Assembly: GCA_964016885.1 (NCBI GenBank)
Contig: OZ024743.1
Location: 161,572,001-161,636,000, forward strand
Reading direction: 5' to 3'
Origin: Eledone cirrhosa
Lineage: Eukaryota
Length of the DNA stretch: 64,000 nt
The translations under genes were made by a program, and so were the position numbers. This document shows, in pieces, positions 12,376 through 25,988 of the stretch; position 1 is the stretch's first letter; each line of letters starts with the position of its first letter. The notes beneath the pieces were generated by a model, which was not told the origin of the DNA, did not search any database, and saw only the letters and a list, made by a program, of their open reading frames with translations.

Positions 12376-12537
12376 CATGACTCAAGGAAAGCTGAAAACT
12401 TTGACAAGATGTTCACCTCTAAGGATGTCAAAATGACCCCAACAGACAGTCTAATCATCATGAATATTGATGATAGTGCATTCAGGAACTTCTCTTTTGT
12501 CAATCCCTTTTTCAGTCAAATACAATCAGACTCTTGA
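12376..12537 (+). CDS. PRKCB: Conventional protein kinase C, alternative C-terminal (V5) exon A, PKC alpha/betaII-like
   Basis: Branch point TACTAAT 12347-12353, pyrimidine tract, TACAG acceptor; phase 0; HDSRKAENFDKMFTSKDVKMTPTDSLIIMNIDDSAFRNFSFVNPFFSQIQSDS*; NFD motif, turn motif TP, hydrophobic motif FxxFSF. Symbol is the closest vertebrate counterpart; the gene is co-orthologous to PRKCA/B/G. Confidence 0.85.
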   Translation, partial: HDSRKAENFDKMFTSKDVKMTPTDSLIIMNIDDSAFRNFSFVNPFFSQIQSDS

Positions 12538-13744
12538 GCAGTAGTATGTATACTTTTGCTTTTTTTCATTTCCTTTATCTCCACAAGAATGCTGCTTGTA
12601 ACTGTGATGACCATATTTTGTAAAGACTGGTTCCACTTAAAAACCAGCCTCATCATAGATGACAACCATCTAATAATCAAGTTTGCTAGGTTTGTTTTGA
12701 ATGCTTACTAAAGTGATATCAGTTATTATACTATTCAACAGTACAGCAAATTATCAAAGCCCATTAACAGTCTCTGTTTACTATGTCATTTATTAGTTGT
12801 CTTCCATTGATATTAGCAATCTCCTCACCAACCGAGGAGAGCCTGTACAGGTCATGGACACTGACTTTCCTCCCCAGACTAAAATGTAACCTCAAAAGGC
12901 TCTTACTCTGTTCATTCTAAGAATCATATCATTTTGTTACATTCAATTATCATTCACCATTATCATTTCTTTTACTCCATTTTATTATATGATTCAATAT
13001 AATAATCAATATAATTTGTCTCTTGAATGAGATACTGAGTGCATTGTGATGGTGATGCCAATGTCAATGAGGAGGAGAAGGAGGATAGCTACCCCAAATG
13101 TCATCTCCCGATCACATTTGAGCTGTGTCCCCTACTAACATAGCCCATCAGCCTACCTAAGGTTTTATGATGGAGATGATGGTAGACTCCATCCCTACCA
13201 CCAGCACTGCCACCACTGCGGTCAAAGGTTGACTAACACACAGCAACAAATGGTCACAGTTTGTTAAACCCACCTCATCTCTTACAACCTGCACCTGCTA
13301 AGAGATGGCAGTCATGTTGAGAGTGAAATATGTAAATACTGTGGTAATAGTGTAAATGAAGCTGAATATATTGCAAATATATTGTAATGTTCTTAAATCA
13401 CTATAGTTAATATACTATGGTTCACTTAATATTGTTCTTCTCACAATGTAGTTTAGATGCTCTGGTTAATGCATTATGGTTAACACATTCTGTTCCACAT
13501 ATTAATCCTTGGATCAATTTTTTTTTTAGTTTAACTCTTAAGAATTGATTCCATTCATCATATATACTAAGGTGATGTTATATGATATTTTGATTTTCGT
13601 TTCCCTAATTCCCATTAACTCCCAGTGTTATAAGTAAAGGAGACAAGGGTAAGTAGGTAAAGATTATCTGTCCAAAGGCCATTAGTTCCAATTCATTGCT
13701 GATATTTCATTGTTTCTGTCAGAGCTCTTATTCTACATTACCTA

Positions 13745-16700
13745 GATCACAGGCCTCCAATACAGTTCAACCTCATACCACAGTCCTCCATTATAATTCA
13801 GCCACAGACCACAGTCCACTAATATAGTTCAGTCACAGACCACAGTCCACTAATATAGTTCAACCACAGACCACAGTCCACTAATATAGATCAGCCACAG
13901 ACCACAGTCCACTAATATAGTTCAGCCACAGACCACAGTCCACTAATATAGTTCAGCCACAGACCACAGTCCACTAATATAGTTCAGTCACAGACCACAG
14001 TCCACTAAAATAGTTCAGCCACAGACCACAGTCCACTAATATAGTTCAACCACAGACCACAGTCCACTAATATAGTTCAGCCACAGACCACAGTCCACTA
14101 ATATAGTTCGACCAAAGACCACAGTCCACTAATATAGTTCAGCCACAGACCACAGTCCACTAATATAGTTCAGCCACAGACCACAGTCCACTAATATAGT
14201 TCAGCCACAGACCACAGTCCACTAATATAGTTCAACCACAGACCACAGTCCACTAATATAGTTCAGCCACAGACCACAGTCCACTAATATAGTTCAACCA
14301 CAGACCACAGTCCACTAATATAGTTCAACCACAGACCACAGTCCACTAATATAGTTCAGCCACAGACCACAGTCCACTAATATAGTTCAGCCACAGACCA
14401 CAGTCCACTAATATAGTTCAGTCACAGACCACAGTCCACTAATATAGTTCAACCACAGACCACAGTCCACTAATATAGATCAGCCACAGACCACAGTCCA
14501 CTAATATAGTTCAGCCACAGACCACAGTCCACTAATATAGTTCAGCCACAGACCACAGTCCACTAATATAGTTCAACCACAGACCACAGTCCACTAATAT
14601 AGTTCAGCCACAGACCACAGTCCACTAATATAGTTCAACCACAGACCACAGTCCACTAATATAGTTCAACCACAGACCACAGTCCACTAATATAGTTCAG
14701 CCACAGACCACAGTCCACTAATATAGTTCAACCACAGACCACAGTCCACTAATATAGTTCAACCACAGACCACAGTCCACTAATATAGATCAGCCACAGA
14801 CCACAGTCCACTAATATAGTTCAGCCACAGACCACAGTCCACTAATATAGTTCAGCCACGGACCACAGTCCACTAATATAGTTCAGTCACAGACCACAGT
14901 CCACTAATATAGTTCAACCACAGACCACAGTCCACTAATATAGATCAGCCACAGACCACAGTCCACTAATATAGTTCAGCCACAGACCACAGTCCACTAA
15001 TATAGTTCAGCCACAGACCACAGTCCACTAATATAGTTCAGTCACAGACCACAGTCCACTAATATAGTTCAGTCACAGACCACAGTCCACTAATATAGTT
15101 CAGCCACAGACCACAGTCCACTAATATAGTTCAACCACAGACCACAGTCCACTAATATAGTTCAACCACAGACCACAGTCCACTAATATAGTTCAGCCAC
15201 AGACCACAGTCCACTAATATAGTTCAGCCACAGACCACAGCCCACTAATATAGTTCAGTCACAGACCACAGTCCACTAATATAGTTCAGCCACAGACCAC
15301 AGTCCACTAATATAGTTCAGCCACAGACCACGGTCCACTAATATAGTTCAGTCACAGACCACAGTCCACTAATATAGTTGAGCCACAGACCACAGTCCAC
15401 TAATATAGTTCAACCACAGACCACAATCCACTAATATAGTTCAACCACAGACCACAGTCCACTAATATAGTTCAGCCACAGACCACAGTCCACTAATATA
15501 GTTCAACCACAGACCACAATCCACTAATATAGTTCAACCACAGACCACAGTCCACTAATATAGTTCAACCACAGACCACAGTCCACTAATATAGTTCAGC
15601 CACAGACCACAGTCCACTAATATAGTTCAGTCACAGACCACAGTCCACTAATATAGTTCAGTCACAGACCACAGTCCACTAATATAGTTCAACCACAGAG
15701 CACAATCCACTAATATAGTTCAACCACAGACCACAGTCCACTAATATAGTTCAACCACAGACCACAGTCCACTAATATAGTTCAGCCACAGACCACAATC
15801 CACTAATATAGTTCAACCACAGACCACAGTCCACTAATATAGTTCAACCACAGACCACAGTCCACTAATATAGTTCAACCACAGACCACAGTCCACTAAT
15901 ATAGTTCAATCACAGACCACAGTCCACTAATATAGTTCAGCCACAGACCACAATCCACTAATATAGTTCAACCACAGACCACAGTCCACTAATATAGTTC
16001 AGCCACAGACCACAGTCCACTAATATAGTTCAGTCACAGACCACAGTCCACTAATATAGTTCAACCACAGAGCACAATCCACTAATATAGTTCAACCACA
16101 GACCACAGTCCACTAATATAGTTCAACCACAGACCACAGTCCACTAATATAGTTCAGCCACAGACCACAATCCACTAATATAGTTCAACCACAGACCACA
16201 GTCCACTAATATAGTTCAACCACAGACCACAGTCCACTAATATAGTTCAACCACAGACCACAATCCACTAATATAGTTCAACCACAGACCACAGTCCACT
16301 AATATAGTTCAACCACAGACCACAGTCCACTAATATAGTTCAACCTCAGACCACAGTCCACTAATATAGTTCAACCACAGACCACAATCCACTAATATAG
16401 TTCAGCCACAGACCACAGTCCACTAATATAGTTCAACCACAGACCACAATCCACTAATATAGTTCAACCACAGACCACAATCCACTAATATAGTTCAGCC
16501 ACAGACCACAGTCCACTAATATAGTTCAACCACAGACCACAATCCACTAATATAGTTCAGCCACAGACCACAGTCCACTAATATAGTTCAACCACAGACC
16601 ACAATCCACTAATATAGTTCAACCTCAGACCACAGTCCACTAATATAGTTCAACCACAGACCACAATCCACTAATATAGTTCAGTCACAGACCACAGTCC

Positions 16701-19700
16701 ACTAATATAGTTCAGCCACAGACCACAGTCCACTAATATAGTTCAACCACAGACCACAGTCCACTAATATAGTTCAACCTCAGACCACAGTCCACTAATA
16801 TAGTTCAACCACAGACCACAGTCCACTAATATAGTTCAGCCACAGACCACAATCCACTAATATAGTTCAACCACAGACCACAGTCCACTAATATAGTTCA
16901 GCCACAGACCACAGTCCACTAATATAGTTCAGCCACAGACCACAATCCACTAATATAGTTCAACCACAGACCACAGTCCACTAATATAGTTCAACCTCAG
17001 ACCACAGTCCACTAATATAGTTCAACCACAGACCACAGTCCACTAATATAGTTCAGCCACAGACCACAATCCACTAATATAGTTCAACCACAGACCACAG
17101 TCCACTAATATAGTTCAGCCACAGACCACAGTCCACTAATATAGTTCAACCACAGACCACAGTCCACTAATATAGTTCAGCCACAGACCACAGTCCACTA
17201 ATATAGTTCAACCACAGACCACAGTCCACTAATATAGTTCAGCCACAGACCACAGTCCACTAATATAGTTCAACCACAGACCACAATCCACTAATATAGT
17301 TCAACCACAGACCACAGTCCACTAATATAGTTCAGCCACAGACCACAGTCCACTAATATAGTTCAGCCACAGACCACAGTCCACTAATATAGTTCAACCT
17401 CATACCACAGTACACTAATATAGTTCAGCCACAGACCACAGTCCACTAATATAGTTCAACCACAGACCACAGTCCACTAATATAGTTCAGCCACAGACCA
17501 CAGACCACTAATATAGTTCAGCCACAGACCACAGTCCACTAATATAGTTCAACCTCATACCACAGTCCACTAATATAGTTCAGCCACAGACCACAGTCCA
17601 CTAATATAGTTCAGCCACAGACCACAGTCCACTAATATAGTTCAGCCACAGACCACAGTCCACTAATATAGTTCAGCCACAGACCACAGTCCACTAATAT
17701 AGTTCAGTCACAGAACACAGTCCACTAATATAGTTCAGCCACAGACCACAGTCCACTAATATAGTTCAGTCACAGACCACAGTCCACTAATATAGTTCAG
17801 CCACAGACCACAGTCCACTAATATAGTTCAGCCACAGACCACAGTCCACTAATATAGTTCAACCACAGACCACAGTACACTAATATAGATCAGCCACATA
17901 CCACAGTCCACTAATATAGTTCAACCACAGACCACAGTCCACTAATATAGTTCAGCCACAGACCACAGTCCACTAATATAGTTCAGCCACAGACCACAGT
18001 CCACTAATATAGTTCAGTCACAGACCACAGTCCACTAATATAGTTCAACCACAGACCACAGTCCACTAATATAGTTCAGCCACAGACGACAGTCCACTAA
18101 TATAGTTCAGTCACAGACCACAGTCCACTAATATAGTTCAGTCACAGACCACAATCCACTAATATAGTTCAACCACAGACCACAGTCCACTAATATAGTT
18201 CAGCCACAGACCACAGTCCACTAATATAGTTCAGCCACAGACCACAGTTCCCTAATATAGTTCAGTCACAGACCACAGTCCACTAATATAGTTCAACCAC
18301 AGACCACAGTCCACTAATATAGTTCAGCCACAGACCACAGTCCCCTAATATAGTTCAGCCACAGACCACAGTCCACTAATATAGTTCAGTCACAGACCAC
18401 AGTCCACTAATATAGTTCAACCACAGACCACAGTCCACTAATATAGTTGAGCCACAGACCACAGTCCACTAATATAGTTGAGCCACAGACCACAGTCCAC
18501 TAATATAGTTCAGTCACAGACCACAGTCCACTAATATAGTTCAGCCACATGCCACAGTCCACTAATATAGTTGAGCCACAGACCACAGTCCACTAATATA
18601 GTTCAGCCACAGACCACAGTCCACTAATATAGTTGAGCCACAGACCACAGTCCACTAATATAGTTCAGCCACAGACCACAGTCCACTAATATAGTTGAGC
18701 CACAGACCACAGTCCACTAATATAGTTCAGTCACAGACCACAGTCCACTAATATAGTTCAGCCACATACCACAGTCCACTAATATAGTTGAGCCACAGAC
18801 CACAGTTCACTAATATAGTTCAGCCACAGACCACAGTCCACTAATATAGTTCAACCACAGACCACAGTCCACTAATATAGTTCAACCACAGACCACAGTC
18901 CACTAATATAGTTCAACCACAGACCACAGTCCACTAATATAGTTCAGCCACAGACCACAGTCCACTAATATAGTTCAGTCACAGACCACAGTCCACTAAT
19001 ATAGTTCAGCCACAGACCACAGTCCACTAATATAGTTCAGCCACAGACCACAGTCCACTAATATAGTTCAACCACAGACCACAGTCCACTAATATAGTTG
19101 AGCCACAGACCACAGTCCACTAATATAGTTCAGCCACAGACCACAGTCCACTAATATAGTTCAACCACAGACCACAGTCCACTAATATAGTTCAACCACA
19201 GACCACAGTCCACTAATATAGTTCAGCCACAGACCACAGTCCACTAATATAGTTCAGCCACAGACCACAGTCCACTAATATAGTTCAGTCACAGACCACA
19301 GTCCACTAATATAGTTCAGTCACAGACCACAATCCACTAATATAGTTCAACCACAGACCACAGTCCACTAATATAGTTCAGCCACAGACCACAGTTCACT
19401 AATATAGTTCAGCCACAGACCACAGTCCACTATTATAGTTAAACCACAGACCACAGTCCACTAATATAGTTCAACCACAGACCACAGTCCACTAATATAG
19501 TTCAGCCACAGACCACAGTCCACTAATATAGTTGAGCCACAGACCACAGTCCACTAATATAGTTCAGTCACAGACCACAGTCCACTAATATAGTTCAGCC
19601 ACAGACCACTAATATAGTTCAACCACAGACCACAGTCCACTAATATAGTTCAGTCACAGACCACAGTCCACTAATATAGTTCAGCCACAGACCACAGTCC

Positions 19701-20098
19701 ACTAATATAGTTCAGCCACAGACCACAGTCCACTAATATAGTTCAGCCACAGACCACAGTTCACTAATATAGTTCAACCACAGACCACAGTCCACTAATA
19801 TAGTTCAGTCACAGACCACAGTCCACTAATATAGTTCAGCCACAGACCACAGTCCACTAATATAGTTCAGCCACAGACCACAGTCAACTAATATAGTTCA
19901 ACCACAGACCACAGTCCACTAATATAGTTCAGCCACATACCACAGTCCACTAATATAGTTCAGCCACAGACCTCTAATATAGTTCAACCTCAGACCACAG
20001 TGCCTCAATATAGTTTAAGCTCAGACCACAGTCCTCTAATATCGTTCAACCTCAGACGACAGTCCATTAATATAATTCAACCACAGACCACAGTCTCC
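13745..20098 (+). repeat. 31-bp tandem satellite, about 200 copies (CCACAGACCACAGTCCACTAATATAGTTCAG)
   Basis: Highly homogeneous head-to-tail units with degenerate edges; stops in all frames; no spacers. Confidence 0.98.
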
Positions 20099-20989
20099 AA
20101 ATCAATTCATTTATCTGTTGGGAATAGATAACTACCAGGTCAATTTGATTCACTCTCTTTGATCCATAAACTGGTTTTGTCTATGCATCTGATGTCTCAT
20201 ATGGTCGACAGTCTGTTCCAAATTAAACTTATCACACAGAGACATCCATCATCACCACATATGTGTCTTCCTCAGCTATCGGTGATTCTCAACTTTAGTC
20301 TCTGTCATAAATTATGTCTTCAAATAAAGCATTTCACTCTGATTTTCTACAATCTGTTTCTTCTATCAATCCTCTTCAAACAGTTGAATGGTTATCATTC
20401 AGTTAAATATTTATCTATAATCAATCACTTGAATCCAACTTTTTCATGGAAATATAAATATCTCTATTATATTGGCTGGATCTTGTCCAAGCTTGTGGGT
20501 AGCTGCTAAGTGCTGAACCAATTGGCTCGATGCATCTGCTTGAATAGTGCTGATCAGAGGTACTGAGCAACAATACTAACAAGAGCATCCAATGTCAACA
20601 TGAGGAGCTACCATGACATTAAACCATCATAGTGGTAAATGTAGTTCAATGAAAAACAAAAGTATTTGAAAGAACCTGAACTGTTCTTATTCTTGATTGA
20701 GTATTTGTGAACTGTGATCTGTAACCCTTATTATCAATCAAATACAATATTATGGAAGCACATAATAACTAGTTTCCAGGAACTAGTTAAATCTTAAGTA
20801 GATTCCTATAGAAACACTCTTACATTGAAACACATATCATCATCATTCTTTTTACATTTGCTTTTCCATGCGTGCATGGGTTGAATGAAACTTTTTAAGG
20901 CAGTTTTTTCCTGACAACTCATACCTTATTGTAACCAAGGTATATATTACTGATATTTGGCTAAATGTTACATGACATATTTTTTAACG

Positions 20990-22330
20990 GTGACATAAAT
21001 AATATGTCCAGTCCTTGGTCTTCTTCCACTTGGAACTCCTGGCATGTCTTTATCCAACTTACTTTATCCATATGTATTACATGTGCATACTAGCACACTC
21101 CTCTTACACCAAGTTTTCCTCTCAGCTCATCTCTGTTTCATCATTTATGCACATGTCCAGTGGAGCATGTTCACTTCATTATTTTTCAGCTTCCCCCACA
21201 TCTGTATGACTGAACTACTGGTTGACTTTGCAAGTGACTAGTTTGAGCTCTATGTCACCAGATATTTTCAGCATCTCAGTGATGAGGCGCTGCTTTCCCT
21301 CCTTTCATGTCCTTAATGACTATTTCAACAATGTAGATGTCAACCTCAATAGCTGGTCCTTCTGTTTGGTCTAATTGTGGCAGTTCCTCTTCCTTCCATG
21401 AATTCTCAACATTCAGCAACTTTTCATAATAATTTTTCCAAGCCTCTTTCTTCTATTCATCTGTAATTCTGAACTCACTCTTCATTTTCTCTGATACACT
21501 GCTTTGTAATCTGGAAAGCCTTGTTTCTATCATTCTCCCAATACATAATATTGACAAATGTTCTGCTTTCAGCTTCTTCCCAAGCTGTGTAAACATGGCA
21601 TCTAGCTTCTTTTCTAGCTAGTTATTATTCATTCTGCCCCCATTCTTCCACTTTTTCTAAGTTTGCCATTTTGCTTTAATGGCTCTATCTACAGTTTTAT
21701 TCCACAAAAGTGTTACCTTCTATCCACCTAAAATCACATTTGTGGCCTATAGCAGATTGTCCCATAGAAACTTCCAGTTACCTCTATATTATAAGTCTAT
21801 TTCTCTTCCTCTTTTTCATCTTATGTTTCACATATAACTACCTTGTGCATATTTTTAGCTGAGGGTTCTTTCACTTTCCACACTTTTCTTCTCCAGGCTG
21901 TTATATTTCTGTGTCAATGTAGCTCTTACTCCAAACTCACAAATCATTTGTCCATATTGAGTGGTACAGTTTTCTCAAGGAAACTATATATCTATCCTAT
22001 TTCCTAGTGAATATAAAGTTAATCTGACCTGCATGTTTGCCTGGTTGGTAGGTGATGAAATGGCTGGTTGGTTTCTTGAAATTAATATTGCAGATATTTG
22101 TTAGATCAATTGTATTGTAGAACTCCAGGAACCTTCATCCTTCTTCATTTTTTGTACCATATCGATAACCATCATATACTCCAGAGTAGCCATCATTGTG
22201 TTACCCAGCATGTCCATTAAATTCATCTGCCAAGATAATGTAGTTGCTGTCATTTGTTATTGATATGGTCTGCAAGAAGACCACATAGAAACAGTCTTCT
22301 TGCTCATCAGACAGTTTCAATTGTGGTTCA
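20990..22330 (-). mobile_element. Decayed RTE-type LINE (APE endonuclease and linker)
   Basis: Minus strand DEFNGHAG (GDFNGHVG-like), FKKPTSHFITY, GKAA..ITEMLK; many stops. Confidence 0.65.
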
Positions 22331-22628
22331 ACAGCAGATTGGTTTGAGCAAAAGCAATCTCCTCCATATGTAACAGAGCTGCACTGCAGCTTGGAGTGCT
22401 AAGTAAAATTACAGGCAAGTTGGACAAGGAAGAAAGAGCCACTATTTACAAAGCACAAATCTGAAGCAAATACATTATCAACAATTCTGGCAATCCACCA
22501 CTTTCAATTGCTACTTTATTTTATCTACTCCAGGAGAGTGAAAAATAAAGTTGATCTCAGAGTACAAGGAATTTTGTCTTACACTTTATCACTATATTAA
22601 TTCTACCAATTCACCACCTATACACACC

Positions 22629-22662
<34 letters not shown>

Positions 22663-23185
22663 GTACACCATTTCCGAGAACAATTTGTTTCACCCCAAAC
22701 GGATCATCAGCTCGGCTTCAATGGGATAACATGGAAAAGACAGACAAAGGCACAAATAAACATGTGCAGAAGATATTCTCAAAGGCTAGTCAACTCACTT
22801 AGATCAATACCATAGAGGCGACTGCAAAAGATCAGAATACAATAGATTATTCAGGATACCAAGTCTAGGGGTGTCATCTCCGACAACTAGTCAGGGTGTC
22901 TAAAAGTTAACAGATGATTTAGGAAGCATTCTTTAAACCGGCCCTCTGCCATACTTACATAGGATTTGACCTCTTGTTGTTGATTTGGTCAGTTGAAAGT
23001 GACTACAGGTTCATAAATTACAGCTGGTGTGTTGCACTGTTGCTGAAGGAGGCAAACTTCTGGCCTTCAGCAAGAGCATCCAGGTGGGGTTGCACTCTTA
23101 GAGTTGTTGGTGATGTGGGCCAAACTCATCCCATGGACTGGCAGTTTTACTACTGTGGATATAACCCACCAGTGTTCTGCCACCA
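22663..23185 (-). mobile_element. 3' end of a Naiad-like Penelope element between (TA)n tracts
   Basis: Minus strand CSC*RPEVCLLQQQC..VIY..KSYVSMAEGRFK (CxCx5C linker + GIY-YIG), followed by a 3' hammerhead and (TA)n. Confidence 0.7.
22674..22715 (-). ncRNA. Minimal type I hammerhead ribozyme motif, canonical core
   Basis: CCGAG CTGATGA TCCGTTTGGGGT GAAAC AAATT GTT CTCGG; stem I CCGAG/CTCGG; near-palindromic stem III; GUU triplet; weak stem II. Confidence 0.75.
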
Positions 23186-23779
23186 TATATATATATATAT
23201 ATATGAAGTTTCATAAAATTGTAGTATTCTCAGTGTGAAGAGTAGCCATAACAGCTGGATACTATATGTATAGCAAAAAGTCAGGTTAAGATTTAACCTC
23301 ATACCGAACGGAGAGCGGTGGAGAAAGAAAGAAAGAAAGAGAGTCTAAGGCATGAGATGAGAAATGAGAGGGATATATATAGAGAGAGAGAGAAGAGGAA
23401 AGGAGAAATGCGGGAATGAGATCGATGGAACAGGACTTATGGAAAATGACAAAAAATGATAAAAAGATAGAGAAAGGATGGAAAAACTAAACAAACAAGA
23501 AATAGAAGTTCAGTGTCATACGAATCATCAGCTTCCATCAAGACTAACATGGTTTCTCATGGGAGAGGAGGGACTATGTATATAAGTCTTGTCCGTGCAA
23601 CAGAACTTCAATTTCTGTTGTTCTGACGCTGGAATAGGGGAACAAGAGAGCAATAGGGCACCTCCATGCCAAGACGTAGTTGGTAAAAAAAGAGGCTGTT
23701 TGGTATTCTGAAGGGAACAGCAGCAGCAGTAGGCAACAAGAGAACAAAAGTATCAGTAGCAGCAGTGGCAACAACCGGA

Positions 23780-24700
23780 ACCAAAACCATGGTTCCACTG
23801 GGAGAATGGGTTTGGCGCGGCCAAATGGCCTGTGCTACCTCATAGTAAAGCCATGCAGTGTCTGACACCTGAACTGAGGGTCCGCTGTATGAAAGGTTTG
23901 GTGCAGCCAACTGGCTTCTCGCTCCTCATAGCAGTGCCATTCACCTCCAGGCTCCCAAACTCTGGCTCTGCAGTGAGAAGGGTTCATTGTGGCCAAATGT
24001 CCTGTCCCACCTCATGGCAGTATCATCCAGTACTGGGTTCCCCAACCATGGTTCCGCTGTGAAAATGGGTTTGAGGCAGCCAACTGGCCAGTCCCTCCAC
24101 ATAGCGGTGCCATGTGGCATCCAACATCTGAACTGATGATCTGTTGTGTGAAGGGTTTGGCGCAGCCCGCTGGCCTGTTACTCCTCATAACAGTGCCATC
24201 CAGTTCCCTTTCTGAGCTATGGGTCCGCTGTATGAAAGGTTCGGCACAGTCAACATGCTTGTCCCTTCGCATAGCGCAGTTCCGGGCTCCCAATTCCAGA
24301 ATGTAGCATGACCAACTGGCCTTTCCTTTCTCATAGTGGTGCCATGCATCACCTGAACTGAGGGTCTGCTGTGTAAAGCATTCAGCACGACTAACTGGCT
24401 TGTCCCTCCTCATAGTGATACCATTCAGTTCCGGTCTTCCAAACTCAGCTGGCCTATCCATCTGCATTGTGATTGCCATCCAGTGCCAGGCTCTCACTGT
24501 GGTTCCGCTCCTGCCCCTCCTCATATTAGTGTCATCCAGTATGGGGCCTCAAATCTATGGCTACGCTGTGAGATGGGTTAGGCTCCTTGTATCAGTGCCA
24601 TCCAGTACTGGGCTCCAAAACTATGGTTCCACTGTGAGATGGGTTCGGCATGGCCAACTGGCCTGTCCCTCCTCATAACGGTGCCATCCAGTTCCACACT
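23780..24700 (+). repeat. Degenerate GC-rich tandem repeat, unit about 86 bp
   Basis: CCAACTGGCCTGTCCCTCCTCATAGCAGTGCCATCCAGT-like units near 23821, 23907, 23993, 24080, 24167 and onward. Confidence 0.75.
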
Positions 24701-24704
24701 GTAA

Positions 24705-24885
24705 ATGTGTTGGTGCTAGGAAGGGCATCCAGCTGTAAAATTCCTGGCCAAATTTAGTCCTCATCGGAGCAAAGTACAGCGTGGCCAACTCTAGCCAGAC
24801 TTGTCTCCCAATGTGGACAACCCAACTAACTCATGCAAGCATGGAAAAATGGACGCTGAACAATGATAATGATGAGGATGATGAT
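24705..24885 (+). mobile_element. SINE/LINE 3' tail ending in (GAT)n
   Basis: GGAAGGGCATCCAGCTGTAAAA ... CATGCAAGCATGGAAAAATGGACG ... GATGAT; related tails in reverse near 2815, 20840, 39880, 46000 and 62745. Confidence 0.6.
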
Positions 24886-25988
24886 ATATATAAATATGTT
24901 GGTGATATATATTTGGATGGGGTAAAGTATAAACCTCACAACTTCTCACAATAGACTTGGAATAGAATATAGTGTCAAGTTAACATGCCATTGTCACAAT
25001 ACAAGAAAAGCTTACAATGCAATTAGTTATTGGACTGTACTAAAAAGTATTACAGCCAAATAACTTGCTTTGCTAGTCAATGTATTGGCCTATGACAGAT
25101 ATTTATTATCTTCTTCAATAATATAGAGTTTGGTAGCAACAAGTTAATGTTCATGTGTGTATATTTTTTTTTCACTCATCTGACAGATATTGAAGAATTA
25201 AACCAAAGATGTTCTGCTTGATACAGAAGTGGATTGGTGGCAATAGTGTATATACTCAGTTTACTTTTAGCTGACTCAAGAGTTTATCTTCACAATGTTT
25301 ACAAGCTTCACCACACATAGTTATTTTTGTGACAATGGTTTAGCAGGTTACATTATGTTTAGAGGCTTTCTTTACAATTTATGGGTATATCACAGTCATG
25401 GCAGCTTCTAATTCATTCTCTCCTCCAATTTTTGTTTGTTAAACCTTTTTATTTTTGCATGTTCCTACTTTTATTTTGTTTATTTTTGTTTAAACCATGT
25501 ATTTTTATTTATTTATTATTTTACACTTTATTTGCATTTCTTTCTGAAAGTCCAATTGTTGCTTTTTTTTTCCCGATCCCCTTATTTATTTTTTCTCCTT
25601 TGTTTCACCAATTCTTATACTTCCCATTCCACCCACCTCATTTCCAGATTTCTTTCAGTTTTTTCCCTTGCAAAATTATTTACACTTGCCCACATTTAAT
25701 TTTCTCAACCTTAACGCATTACACCAAATATGAATGCCTTCACCAAGTTCAACCACTTAATTTTTCCTCATCTTACAACTCTTAAATTCTTAATCACTCT
25801 CCATGAATGATGTAGTACCAAAATTAATCAAATTATTTGCAATGAGATTTTCTAAGACAGAAACCATGTGTAAGATTGTGTATGATGTAACTCAAGACAT
25901 TGTTGTATGAACATGATGGGATTTCCAAATTGTGTGGAGTTCATGTGTAATGACTATGATAGAATTACCATATAATGTGGTGACCAAG

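Noticed and set aside
13039-13143. Short acidic reading frame (…NEEEKEDSYPKC…) as a third exon
   Set aside because: No convincing acceptor and no V5 motifs
13745-20098. CRISPR array
   Set aside because: Units are contiguous with no unique spacers, there are no cas genes, and the context is eukaryotic
22940-23090. In-frame TGA codons as selenocysteine in a Naiad-like element
   Set aside because: The TGAs are not at conserved Cys positions; the one after CxC replaces the Arg seen in CNCR at ~55475, consistent with CGA-to-TGA decay
23574-24678. Overlapping 70-170 aa ORFs
   Set aside because: By-product of a GC-rich tandem repeat; no recognisable domain or splice context
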